This document shows positions 48,663 to 59,740 of a stretch of 64,000 bases of DNA, one piece after another. Location: NCBI GenBank assembly GCA_963755125.1, contig CAVWIP010000003.1, positions 1 to 64,000 on the forward strand, in the 5' to 3' direction. Each line of letters opens with the position of its first letter. The first letter of the stretch is position 1. This stretch comes from an uncultured delta proteobacterium (GTDB lineage: Bacteria > Myxococcota_A > Polyangia > Fen-1088). Below the pieces are notes generated by a model, which saw nothing but the letters and a program-made list of their open reading frames with translations, was not told where the DNA came from and searched no databases. Made by a program: the position numbers and the translations under genes.

Positions 48663-50182
48663 TCCCTGGCGCGAGAGATCTGGGACGCGCCCTGCGCACG
48701 CTGGCCGGGCTGCGGCCCGTGCAGATCCTGGCGCGGCCGCCGCACGCGCTGCTGTCCCGCATCCTGCGCGACCTGCCCGGCGGCCATGGCCCGGCCAGCC
48801 TGGCGTCCTGGCCCGAGCCGCCGGCTGAGCTGCGCGCCTTCGCCGAGGCGGAGAAGACCCGTAGCCGCCATCGTTTGGGCAGGCTGCCCGCGGGCTCGCT
48901 GCTGCGGGCCTACGAGGAACAGTACGGGCTGGAACTGGGCGCCGCGACCACAGGTCCGCCTGGCGCGTGGACAAGTGCGTGTGCGGTGCGCCCCTACCCC
49001 GCCTCGGTGCGCGCACGGCGGATTGCCGTGGCCATCCGGTGCGGCCGGCGCGATCTCGACGGCGAGCTGGCGCGCGCGGCCCGCGCCGTCCTCACGCAGA
49101 TCGAGCTGCAGCTTCTGGGCAACCACCTGTTGGAAAACGGGCTGGGCCTGGCCTGCGCGGGTGCGGTCGCCCGGGGCGCCGAGGCCGACCTGTGGTGGGA
49201 CGCGGGCCGGCACCTGCTCGACTGGCAACTCCCGCAGCAGTTTCTCCCTGACGGAGGACACTTCGAGCGCAGCGCCAGCTATCATCTGGCCCTGTGCGCG
49301 GGGCTGTGCGAAGCCGTCGCGCTGGCCAGCGCGGCCGGGCGAGCCGTGCCAGCCATCTGGCGGGAAACCGCCCGACGCGCCTTGGGCTGGGCCCAGGCGG
49401 TGCGTGCGCCTGACGGAAGCTATCCACTGTTCAACGATGCCTCGCTCGACGCCGGCCCGTCGGTTGACGAGGTGCTTGCCCTGGCTCGCGGCTGCGCTCT
49501 TGCTTCGACGGAGATCGGCTGCACCGACACGGCCGCCGCGACGCTGCGGGCGCTGCCCGACACCGGCTGGCTGATCTGCTCGTCGCCCAGCGCATGGCTG
49601 TGCCTGGATTCCGGGCCTGACGGGGCGCCCTACCAGGGCGGACACGTACACGCCGACGCCCTGACCTTCGAGCTGTGGATCGAGGGCGAGCGCGCGGTGG
49701 TCGACTACGGCGTGTCCAGCTACGGCCGGGACCCGGCCCGGGCCGAGACGCGCGCCACCCGCGTCCACAACACCGTGACCATCGCCGGCCAGGACTCCAG
49801 CGAGGTGTGGGCTGCCTTTCGCGTGGGCCGCCGTGCCCAGGCTCGCATCCTCGCGAGCGTTCTCACTCCCAACGGTGTGTCCATCGAGTGTGAACACGAC
49901 GGGTACGCCTGGTTGCCCGGCCGGCCCGTGCACCGACGCCAGCTCGTCTTCACTGCCCGCGCGCTTGGCATCGACGATCACGTGGCCAGCGCCACGCCCT
50001 ATCCTGCCCAATCCCGCCTGCGCCTCGCCGCCGACGCGCGCCTGAGCTGCGAGGGCGGCGCGATTGCGTCGTCGGAGGACCGATGGCACCCCGAGTTCGC
50101 CACGCCCCGGGCCGCCCGCGTGCTGACACAGACCGTGTCTGCCGACCCTACAGCAGGCGCGCACTGGCTGCTGCGCTGGTAG
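48659..50182 (+). CDS. Heparinase II/III family protein
   Basis: GNHLLEN, DGGHFERSASYH, PLFND, GHVHADALTFEL, R.TRVHNTV. Confidence 0.85.
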   Translation: MIPGARDLGRALRTLAGLRPVQILARPPHALLSRILRDLPGGHGPASLASWPEPPAELRAFAEAEKTRSRHRLGRLPAGSLLRAYEEQYGLELGAATTGPPGAWTSACAVRPYPASVRARRIAVAIRCGRRDLDGELARAARAVLTQIELQLLGNHLLENGLGLACAGAVARGAEADLWWDAGRHLLDWQLPQQFLPDGGHFERSASYHLALCAGLCEAVALASAAGRAVPAIWRETARRALGWAQAVRAPDGSYPLFNDASLDAGPSVDEVLALARGCALASTEIGCTDTAAATLRALPDTGWLICSSPSAWLCLDSGPDGAPYQGGHVHADALTFELWIEGERAVVDYGVSSYGRDPARAETRATRVHNTVTIAGQDSSEVWAAFRVGRRAQARILASVLTPNGVSIECEHDGYAWLPGRPVHRRQLVFTARALGIDDHVASATPYPAQSRLRLAADARLSCEGGAIASSEDRWHPEFATPRAARVLTQTVSADPTAGAHWLLRW

Positions 50183-50217
50183 AAGACGACTTTACTCGGC
50201 TGGCTTTCGGGGGCTAG

Positions 50218-52374
50218 ATGGTTCCCGTGCGGCAGATCTCACAGAACTACAAGACGGGCGAGCTGGCCATCGTACACGTGGCTGCTCCGCGCGCTTCGCA
50301 CCGGGGCATCCTGGTCGAGACCCGGGTTTCGCTCATCTCCGCCGGAACCGAGCGCGCCATCGTGGACCTGGCGCGCAAGAGCCTTCTGGCCAAAGCGCGC
50401 GAGCGACCCGACCTGGTCAAGCGGGTCATCGAGAAGGCCCAGCGCGAGGGACCGCTGGCCGCGCTGGACGCGGTTCGCTCGCGACTGGATTTGCCCATCC
50501 CGCTCGGTTACTCGCTGGCTGGCTGCGTGCTCGAGGCAGGGCCCGAGGCGTCGGACTTTGCCCCGGGCGACCGCGTGGCCTGCGCGGGCGCCGGCTACGC
50601 CAACCACGCCGAGGTGAACGTCGTCCCACGCAACCTGACGGTCAAGATCCCCGACGGTGTTTCGGACGAGGAAGCATCCTTCGTCACGGTGGGCGCCATC
50701 GCCCTGCACGGCGTGCGCCTGGTCGAACCCACCCTGGGCGCGGTGGTGGCGGTGGTCGGTCTCGGCCTGATCGGCCAGATCGCGGCCTCGCTGCTTTCCG
50801 CCCACGGCTGCGACGTGGCGGGACTCGACGTCGATCCCGCCAAGGTGAAGCGCGCGCTCGATCGCGGCGCGGTTGCCGGGGCCGTCGTGGGCCAGGACGA
50901 CTGCGCCGAGGTGGTGCGTGCCGCCTCCTCGGGCCGAGGCGCGGATGCCGTGGTCATCACCGCGTCGTCGGACACCAACGCCCCGCTGGTGCTGGCCGGT
51001 GATCTCGCGCGCGACCGCGCCCGCATCTCGGTGGTGGGTCTCTTGCCGCTGCAGATCCCGCGCAAGACCTACTACGAGAAGGAACTGTCGCTGCTGGTCT
51101 CGCGCAGCTACGGGCCGGGCCGCTACGATCCCGCCTACGAAGAGGGTGGCAGCGACTACCCCATCGGGTACGTGCGCTGGACCGAGGCGCGCAACCTCGA
51201 AGCCGTGTTGACCGCCATCGCGCGCAAACGGCTGGATGTGGCTTCACTGATCACGCATCGGTTCCCGTTCGAAAGCGCGCTCGCGGCCTACGAGGTCATC
51301 ACCGGCGCGCGCATCGAGCCGCACCTGGGCGTGTTGCTCACCTATCAGGGTGGGCAGCCGGCCGTCACCGCGACCCCCGCTGTCGCCCAGCCGCGCAGCG
51401 CGGGCGGCCCGCTCGGCGTGAGCATCGTAGGCACCGGCTCCTTTGCCACCTCGGTGCTGCTGCCTGCGCTGGCCAAAGTGAAGGGAGCCCGTTTGGATGC
51501 GGCGGTTTCGCGGCGTGGCCTTTCGGCGCGCCACGTGGCCAATCGCTACGACGCCGAAGTGGCCGCGAGCCTGGACGAGCTGCTCAGCCGCCCATCGACA
51601 GAAGCCGTGATCATCGCCACCCGACACGATCTGCACGCTAGCCAGGCCGCGGCCGCGCTGGCCGCTGGCCGCGACGTCTTTTTGGAAAAGCCCGCCGCCA
51701 CCACCGAGGAAGATCTGACAAAGCTGCTGGAGGCGGCGCGCGCATCGGGCCGCCGCCTGATGGTGGGCTTCAATCGGCGCTTCGCGCCCTTCGCGCGCCA
51801 GCTCAAGGCGGCCTTCGAGGGACGGCGAGCCGGTCTGGTGATGACCGCGCGGATCAACGCGGGTTTCGTGCCGCCGGGAAGCTGGGTCGTCGATCCGCAC
51901 GAAGGCGGCGGACGCATCGTGGGCGAAATGTGCCACTTCATCGACCTGTGCTCGTACTGGGCCGACGCACTTCCGGTGCGCGTGTCGGCCCATAGCATGG
52001 GCGGCCAGGGCGCCTACAGCGGCGAGGACAATCTGGTTGTCGGCCTGGAATTCGCCGACGGCAGCGTGGCCAGCCTGGTCTACACCTCGATGGGCGATCC
52101 CGCCGTGGGCAAGGAGATCTACGAGGTGACCTGCCAGCGCACCATGGCCCGCATCGATGACTGGCGCGGCCTGTCCGTCACCCGGGGCAGCCACACGCGC
52201 GTCTCGCGCGCCCTGCGCGCGGACAAAGGACACGCCGAGGAACTGCGCCGGTTCGTGCAGGCATGCCACAGCGGCCAGCCTTCGCCGATCTCCCTCGACA
52301 GCATCGCCGCCACCACGCGCGCCACCTTCGCCATCGAGCACGCCCGCCTGAGCCGCGCGTCCGTCGAGCTGTAG
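50218..52374 (+). CDS. Bi-domain oxidoreductase (MDR dehydrogenase + Gfo/Idh/MocA)
   Basis: SLISAGTE, PLGYS, GLGLIG, SRSYGPGRYD, EKPA, VGFNRRF, GEMCHFID. Confidence 0.9.
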   Translation: MVPVRQISQNYKTGELAIVHVAAPRASHRGILVETRVSLISAGTERAIVDLARKSLLAKARERPDLVKRVIEKAQREGPLAALDAVRSRLDLPIPLGYSLAGCVLEAGPEASDFAPGDRVACAGAGYANHAEVNVVPRNLTVKIPDGVSDEEASFVTVGAIALHGVRLVEPTLGAVVAVVGLGLIGQIAASLLSAHGCDVAGLDVDPAKVKRALDRGAVAGAVVGQDDCAEVVRAASSGRGADAVVITASSDTNAPLVLAGDLARDRARISVVGLLPLQIPRKTYYEKELSLLVSRSYGPGRYDPAYEEGGSDYPIGYVRWTEARNLEAVLTAIARKRLDVASLITHRFPFESALAAYEVITGARIEPHLGVLLTYQGGQPAVTATPAVAQPRSAGGPLGVSIVGTGSFATSVLLPALAKVKGARLDAAVSRRGLSARHVANRYDAEVAASLDELLSRPSTEAVIIATRHDLHASQAAAALAAGRDVFLEKPAATTEEDLTKLLEAARASGRRLMVGFNRRFAPFARQLKAAFEGRRAGLVMTARINAGFVPPGSWVVDPHEGGGRIVGEMCHFIDLCSYWADALPVRVSAHSMGGQGAYSGEDNLVVGLEFADGSVASLVYTSMGDPAVGKEIYEVTCQRTMARIDDWRGLSVTRGSHTRVSRALRADKGHAEELRRFVQACHSGQPSPISLDSIAATTRATFAIEHARLSRASVEL

Positions 52375-54276
52375 CTATCCGGGCTGGTCCAGCGTCTCCT
52401 GGCACCACACCTCGAGCGACAGCAGCGCCCAGATCGGATACGCCAGATCCATCGCGTCGCTGTCGAACAGCCCCAGGATCTTGGCCACGCCCTCCGGCCG
52501 GAACAGCCCCCGTCGCCGCACCCGCGCGGGCGACAGCAGATCCATGACCATGGGGCGCAGGCTGCCGCGCAGCCAGGACCGGATGGGGGCACCGAATCCG
52601 GTCTTGCTGCGCCTGGCGATCTCGGAGGGCAAGTGCCGCCGCGCCGCCCGCCGGAACACCAGCTTGGTGGATCGGCCGCGCAGCTTGTGTGCATGCGGCA
52701 GATCCATCACGTACTCGGCCAGATCGTTGTCGAGATAAGGCACGCGCACCTCGACCGACGCGGCCATGGTCGCCTTGTCGGTGTAAAACAGGTTGTGGCT
52801 GGGTAAGTAGGCGGCCACGTCGAACGCCAGGCAGCCATCAAGCGGGTCGTTTGCGTTGGCCACGTCGACGGCGTCGCGAACCAGGGCTTGCATGTCCGGC
52901 CCGTCCCCCAGACCAAGCCCTTGCAAAAACTCCGGCTCCAGCCAGAGCGCGAAGGCCTCGCCCATCATGGTCGGATCGATGGGCACATTGGCCAGCGCCT
53001 TGCGAATCCGGCGCAGCAGGTGACGAGTCGCCAGGCTGTCCGACGGCAAAAGCCCGACACCCTGCCGAGCCAGCGCCACCAGGCCCCGGCGCAACTCGGC
53101 CGGCACGCGATAGAACGGTCCCATCATGTGCGCGGCAAAGTGCCGCCGATAGCCGCCGGCAATCTCGTCCGCTCCCATGCCCGTCAGCAGAACCTTGCTG
53201 GTCGACGAGGCGGCCTTGGCAATCAAGTACGCGTTCAGGATGGCCGGATCCGCCGCCGGCTCGTCCATGGCCCGCATCACGGCGGGCAGCAGGCTCGTGG
53301 TATCCGGCTCCACGGTGTGGACGTGGATCTCCAGCCCCAGTCGCTCGGCCAGCAGGCGCGCGTATTCCACGTCCGGGTCGCCCAGATCGCGCCGGTCGTG
53401 CTCGCGGAAGGCGACGGTGTGGCAAGGCAACCGTTGGGCCCGCCGATGGGCCGCATGGGCCAGCAGCGACGAATCGATGCCGCCGCTCAGGAACAGCCCC
53501 ACCGGCACGTCCGCAACCAGTTGGTGCTCGACCGCATCGTCGATGAGCCTGTCCAGCACCCGATCGACCTCGATGTCCGGCTTGCGCGGACTGAAGCCGA
53601 TGCGGTGGCGATGGTAGCGAACCGGCACGCGAGCCACGCCACGCTCGACCACCAGGGACTGGCCCGGGCCCAGGCGGGTCACCCCCTGCCACATGGAAAG
53701 GTGGTCCGGCACCCAGCCATAGCGCATGTAGGCCGACAGCGTGGCGCGGTTGATCTCTCGTGCCACCCATTTGGCCGCGGCCAGCGCCTTCACCTCCGAC
53801 GCGAAGGCCAGGCCGTCGGGGGTTCTGGCAATGTGCAGCGGCTTGATGCCGAAGCGATCGCGCGCCAGCACGGCGCGCCGGGCGGGCGCATCCCAGATCA
53901 CGAAGGCGAACATCCCGTTGAGGATCGAAACGAAATCGGGCCCGTGGTCCTCGTAGAGATGCACCAGCACCTCGGTGTCCGAGCGCGTGCGAAACACATG
54001 GCCACGGGCCTCGCACTGCCGGCGCAGTTCGCGGAAGTTGTAGATCTCGCCGTTGAACAGCACGCCCACGTCGCCGGTCTCGTTGAAGATGGGTTGCTGC
54101 CCGCCTTCCAGATCGATGATGGCCAGGCGGCGCATACCGGCGGTGATCCCGGGGCGCATGAGCACGCCCTGGCCGTCGGGCCCGCGCCTCCAGATGGCGG
54201 CCAGCGCGTCCTCAAGCGGCTCGGCGTCGCCGGTCCGCTGGGGGTCGTTCCAGATCATTCCCACGATGCCGCACAT
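52375..54276 (-). CDS. asnB: Asparagine synthase-like glutamine amidotransferase (copy 1)
   Basis: MCGI Ntn Cys, RRGPD, RLAIID, FNGEIYN, SGGIDS, GADE, EVRVPYLD. Confidence 0.9.
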   Translation of the reverse strand: MCGIVGMIWNDPQRTGDAEPLEDALAAIWRRGPDGQGVLMRPGITAGMRRLAIIDLEGGQQPIFNETGDVGVLFNGEIYNFRELRRQCEARGHVFRTRSDTEVLVHLYEDHGPDFVSILNGMFAFVIWDAPARRAVLARDRFGIKPLHIARTPDGLAFASEVKALAAAKWVAREINRATLSAYMRYGWVPDHLSMWQGVTRLGPGQSLVVERGVARVPVRYHRHRIGFSPRKPDIEVDRVLDRLIDDAVEHQLVADVPVGLFLSGGIDSSLLAHAAHRRAQRLPCHTVAFREHDRRDLGDPDVEYARLLAERLGLEIHVHTVEPDTTSLLPAVMRAMDEPAADPAILNAYLIAKAASSTSKVLLTGMGADEIAGGYRRHFAAHMMGPFYRVPAELRRGLVALARQGVGLLPSDSLATRHLLRRIRKALANVPIDPTMMGEAFALWLEPEFLQGLGLGDGPDMQALVRDAVDVANANDPLDGCLAFDVAAYLPSHNLFYTDKATMAASVEVRVPYLDNDLAEYVMDLPHAHKLRGRSTKLVFRRAARRHLPSEIARRSKTGFGAPIRSWLRGSLRPMVMDLLSPARVRRRGLFRPEGVAKILGLFDSDAMDLAYPIWALLSLEVWCQETLDQPG

Positions 54277-54488
54277 GGGCTCTCCATAGGACAACTCGCC
54301 CACCGGCGGTCGAGGTCAGGGAAGAAACTCAGCAACGCCACGAGGCGCAGTCTAACCGATCCATCGTCGCCGACCACTGCCAAGGAAAAGATCCGGCTGT
54401 CCAACAACGGCCAGGTTTGACCGATGGCTGGTTCGGGACAGCTACCGACGCCCCAGATCGGCCGTGGCGCGCGGCAGGCTCTCATGTG

Positions 54489-54527
54489 TATTCATGCTGT
54501 GAATGGTTATCATTCGTAACATGAATA
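54489..54527. promoter_or_regulatory. AT-rich nested palindrome between the two asnB genes
   Basis: TATTCATG-ctgt-GAATG-gttat-CATTC-gtaa-CATGAATA. Confidence 0.4.
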
Positions 54528-54553
54528 GCCGCGAAGGCGACCGCAGGCCGCCC

Positions 54554-56428
54554 CTACCGGTCGCCCGCCAGATCCCCCTTCAGCCGCCGGCAGCAAGCCG
54601 CCAGCATGACCAGGGCAAACAGACGCGCTCCATTGGCCCGACCTGCCATGTGACCCACGATCTGCTCCTCGACCGTCGTGCGATCGATCGCGTCGGGCAA
54701 GTCCGCCAGCCGCCCGCGCACCGCCTCGGGACCTGCCTCGCGAAACCAGGCGTCGAGCGGTACGGAAAAGCCCTGCTTGCGATCGATGTCCAGCGCCGAG
54801 GGCAGCCACTCGCGCGCCAGGCGTCGTTCGAGGCGTCGGGTTTCCCGGCCGTCGCACTTCCACACCGACGGGATCTTGCTGAACGCGAATTCGACCAGGC
54901 TGGCGTCGAGAAAAGGCGCGCGCACCTCCAGCGAGTTCATCATGCTCGCGCGGTCCACCTTGACCATGAAGTCATCCACCAGGGTGGTCGAAAAATCGAA
55001 GCGGCAGAGCGCCTGCACCGGATCCACGACGTCGGATAGCAAGGCCCGCGCGCCGCGCTCCGGCGCCAGCACATCGTCGCCCAGCGCGGCCCGCGCCTCG
55101 GGCGTCAGCAGACGGGAGCGCACCGCCCGATCGAAAAACGACGTGCCCCACACCCGCTGGAAAATCGGCCCCTCGCGCAGCGACACCAGCAGATTGCGCC
55201 CCTTGAGCCCCACCGGCAGCCGCGCCGCCGCGGCCGCTGTCGTCCGCCACAGCGATCGCGGCACCCGGCCCCAGCGACGGGAATCGCGGGCCGCGGCCCG
55301 GTAGTGGTTGTAGCCGGCGAACAGCTCGTCGCCGCCGTCGCCGCCCAGGGCGACCGTGACGTGCTGCCGAGTCAGCCGCGAGACCAGGAACGTCGGGATC
55401 AGCGACGAGTCCGCCAGCGGCTCGTCGAGAAATGCCGCCATGTCGTCCAGCACCGCCAGCGTCGCGCGATCGGCTGTCAGCTCGTGGTGGTCGGTGCCGA
55501 AGTGTCTGGCCACCAGAAGCGCGTAGGGCGATTCGTCGAACCCGGTGGCCGGCACGCGAATGGTGAACGTCTTCACCGGCGCATCCGACACACGTGCCGC
55601 AGCCGCGGTCACCAGGCTGGAATCCAGGCCGCCGCTCAGGAAAACCCCCACCGGGACATCGGCGATCAGACGGCGGCGCACGGATTCGGACAGCAGGGCG
55701 GCCAGCTCCTCGGTCAAGACCTCGGGATCGCCCGCGCTGGGGGCCGCGCGGTCAGGCAAGGTCCACCAGGCCCAATGCCGCCACTGCCCGGTGGCCGGGG
55801 TGAACCGGGCCGCGTGGCCAGCGGGCAGCTTGGCCACGCCCCGCTGAAAACACAGCTCGCCCGGATAGCAACCGTAGGCCAGGTAGTGATTGAGGGCCGA
55901 CAGGTCCAGCCCGCTGTCGTGACCCAGGGCCTTCAGCTCCGAGGCGAAGCGCAGGCACGTCCCTTCGCGGACGTAGTAAAGCGGCTTCTTGCCCACGCGA
56001 TCCCGCGCGAGAAACAGCGACGGCGGCGTGTCGCTGCTACCGCTGTCGTAGATGGCAAAGGCGAACATGCCGTTCAGGCGCGCCAGGCAGGCTTCGCCCC
56101 AGCGCTTGTACGCCTCCAGCAGCACCTCGGTGTCGCTGCGCCCCCGGAACGCCACGCCGTCGGCCTCCAGTTCCGCGCGCAGCTCGACGAAATTGTAGAT
56201 CTCGCCGTTGAACACGATCACCCAGCGCCCGCTGGCATCGACCATGGGCTGGGCGCCGGTCGGGCTCAGGTCGATGATCGACAGCCGGCGATGGCCGAGC
56301 AGCACGTCGCGCGGCCTGTCCTGCCAGAACCCGCTGCCGTCGGGACCGCGATGGCGAAGCCGGTCGAGCCGCGCCGCGAATGCCTCGCGCGTCGCCCCGG
56401 TCCCGATCCAGCCCAAGATTCCACACAT
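54554..56428 (-). CDS. asnB: Asparagine synthase-like glutamine amidotransferase (copy 2)
   Basis: MCGI, HRGPD, HRRLSIID, FNGEIYN, SGGLDSS, GDGGDELFAGY, EVRAPFLD. Confidence 0.92.
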   Translation of the reverse strand: MCGILGWIGTGATREAFAARLDRLRHRGPDGSGFWQDRPRDVLLGHRRLSIIDLSPTGAQPMVDASGRWVIVFNGEIYNFVELRAELEADGVAFRGRSDTEVLLEAYKRWGEACLARLNGMFAFAIYDSGSSDTPPSLFLARDRVGKKPLYYVREGTCLRFASELKALGHDSGLDLSALNHYLAYGCYPGELCFQRGVAKLPAGHAARFTPATGQWRHWAWWTLPDRAAPSAGDPEVLTEELAALLSESVRRRLIADVPVGVFLSGGLDSSLVTAAAARVSDAPVKTFTIRVPATGFDESPYALLVARHFGTDHHELTADRATLAVLDDMAAFLDEPLADSSLIPTFLVSRLTRQHVTVALGGDGGDELFAGYNHYRAAARDSRRWGRVPRSLWRTTAAAAARLPVGLKGRNLLVSLREGPIFQRVWGTSFFDRAVRSRLLTPEARAALGDDVLAPERGARALLSDVVDPVQALCRFDFSTTLVDDFMVKVDRASMMNSLEVRAPFLDASLVEFAFSKIPSVWKCDGRETRRLERRLAREWLPSALDIDRKQGFSVPLDAWFREAGPEAVRGRLADLPDAIDRTTVEEQIVGHMAGRANGARLFALVMLAACCRRLKGDLAGDR

Positions 56429-56592
56429 GGCTAGCCCTATCCAGGCGGCGATGCGATCCGACGCAGCCGAGCGGCGAGACACCCCTGCAGGACGGACAGC
56501 GACGGCGACGTGGGCGGCAGCAGGAACTCGGACGGCAGCATGGCGCCGGTACAGTATACGCAAGGCCTCCCGCGCGCGCGAGCCGGCGCGCT

Positions 56593-56862
<270 letters not shown>

Positions 56863-57036
56863 TCGCTGCTACGATTCATACGTTGGGCCGACAGCTCTTA
56901 AGGACCAGCCTCGGGTCACACGCAGGCGCTGGTTGAACTCACGCTCGATGACGTGCGCGCGATCGACGACGACGATCTCATCTCCGTTCGTCGCAACTGA
57001 AGCTGTGGTGCGGGGCCGGTCGCCCTTCGTCGCGGG

Positions 57037-57989
<953 letters not shown>

Positions 57990-57993
<4 letters not shown>

Positions 57994-59489
57994 TGGGGCT
58001 CCTCTTTTCGTGGTTCGAGGATCGCGATGAGCGAAAGCGGCGGGAGTGGCAAGCACTGGTCGATACGACGAAACACAGGCATGAGCGTGTTCAGTGCGAA
58101 GATCTGTCCGAGGCCGAAAACTCTTCGCTTGAGAACCTTGCCATTGAGCCACCAGGCCGCCCAGCCCGCGCGGTTAAAGAGAATCGTCTCCCGCACAGTG
58201 AACCCCGCCTGGTCCGCGACTCGCTGAAGCGACTCCAGTGTGTAGCGGCGTTTATGACCCACAACCTCGTCGAGCGTGCCAAGAATCTGTGGGCCATTCG
58301 GAACCAGGACGATGGCGCGACCGCCGGGCGCGAGCACCCGGCGGATGTTCTCCAGCGCAGCCTGATCGTCGTCGACGTGTTCGATCACGTTCAGGCAGAC
58401 CACCGTATCAAAGCCCCCGGGAACCTGGGGAAAAGTCTCGGCCTTGGTCACGTCGGTCGCGGCTACGCGAAGATAGGGCCGGTCGTGGGTGAGACCCCTG
58501 AGCGAATCCAGATACAACGGGCTGGAATCCGTCGCCACGTACAATTCGCGTGGGACCAGCTCGCGCGTCAGGTTCCCCGTCCCGCTGCCGATCTCGAGCA
58601 CACACTGCCCACAGTACGGCCGCACAACATCCCCCATCCAGGCATTGAAGCGTGGCGCGTGTGAAAGGCGGTTGCGGGTGTGGGAGCCGTGCTCATCCGC
58701 CGTGAACAGGTTGTCGCTGATCCCAAAGCGCAGGATGGCCGACAAGGCCCCGACGCCGTCGCGCCAGTTTATCTTCTTGCCCTCCTGGTAGGTGCGGCCA
58801 GCGTAGCTGATGGGAACCTCGAAAATGCGGGCCTCACGCTTGGCCAGCTTGATGACCAGCTCCGGCTCGAGACGGAAGTCGTTCGACACGAGCGGGATCG
58901 AGCGCAGGAGGTCGGTGCGGACTGCTTTGTAGCAACTCTCGATGTCGGTCAGATTCAGGTTGGTCACGCAGTTGGTGAGAAAGGTGATCAGCCGATTCCC
59001 GATCTCGTGATGAAAAAGCAACGCCCGGCGGACATCGCTGCCCGCAAAGCGCGAACCGAGAACCGCGTCCGCCCTCTCTTCCAGAAAGACCCTGACGATC
59101 CGATCGAGATCGCGTGGGTCGTATTCCAAGTCCGCGTCGTGGATGACCGTGATGGCACATTGGGCGTGTGCCAGCGCCGTACGGATCGCGCACCCCTTGC
59201 CGCCGTTACGCACGTGCCTGAGGAACATCCAGTCGATCTTGCCCGCGCGACCCGTCGCTGTGAGTGAGGCCCCGTCCACCGGGGCGGCGTCATCTCGCCA
59301 GGCCAGCCCACGCGTGGTTGTAAAGCTGCGCAGCTCTTCGCGCGTACGGTCCGTCGAGCAATCATCCACCACGATGACCTGGATCTGCTCCAGATGGGGT
59401 GACGATTCCAGGACGCCCAGCCGGGCCAACGAAGCAGCGACCAAGTGCTGCTCGTTGTACACGGGTACCAGCACAGAGAGCGATGTCAT
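57990..59489 (-). CDS. Bifunctional GT2 (polyprenyl-phosphate glycosyltransferase-like) / class I SAM methyltransferase
   Basis: [46 protein letters not shown]-terminal VLEIGSGTG and NVIEHV. Confidence 0.88.
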
Positions 59490-59740
59490 ACGGAGCTTTC
59501 GTATAGCAGCGAAGTCCAGGGGAACAAAGAACTTTCGCCGGCCGCGTAAGGTTGATTCCGTCGGAGAAACCCCGGGACCGGTGAGGACCACCCTAAACCG
59601 CATTCGCAAGTGCCTCGGAATGACAAGTCGGGGTTCCAATAGTGGGGCCTGGTCCTTCCGATGAACGAGGTCTTTTCACGAGAACACACCGGCAGAAAGC
59701 ACGCTAGAAGACGCAGCCTGGAGCGAACCAGCCCTTCCCA

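Noticed and set aside
5052..56434. Many long overlapping ORFs (e.g. 5052-6662, 36548-38578, 38675-40255, 48617-50164, 52888-54420)
   Set aside because: Antisense or alternate-frame ORFs expected in high-GC DNA. They lack motifs and overlap well-supported genes.
59490..59740. Intergenic region as a riboswitch, ncRNA or IS remnant
   Set aside because: No recognisable family motif, terminal repeats or transposase fragment by eye. An Rfam/ISfinder search would be needed.
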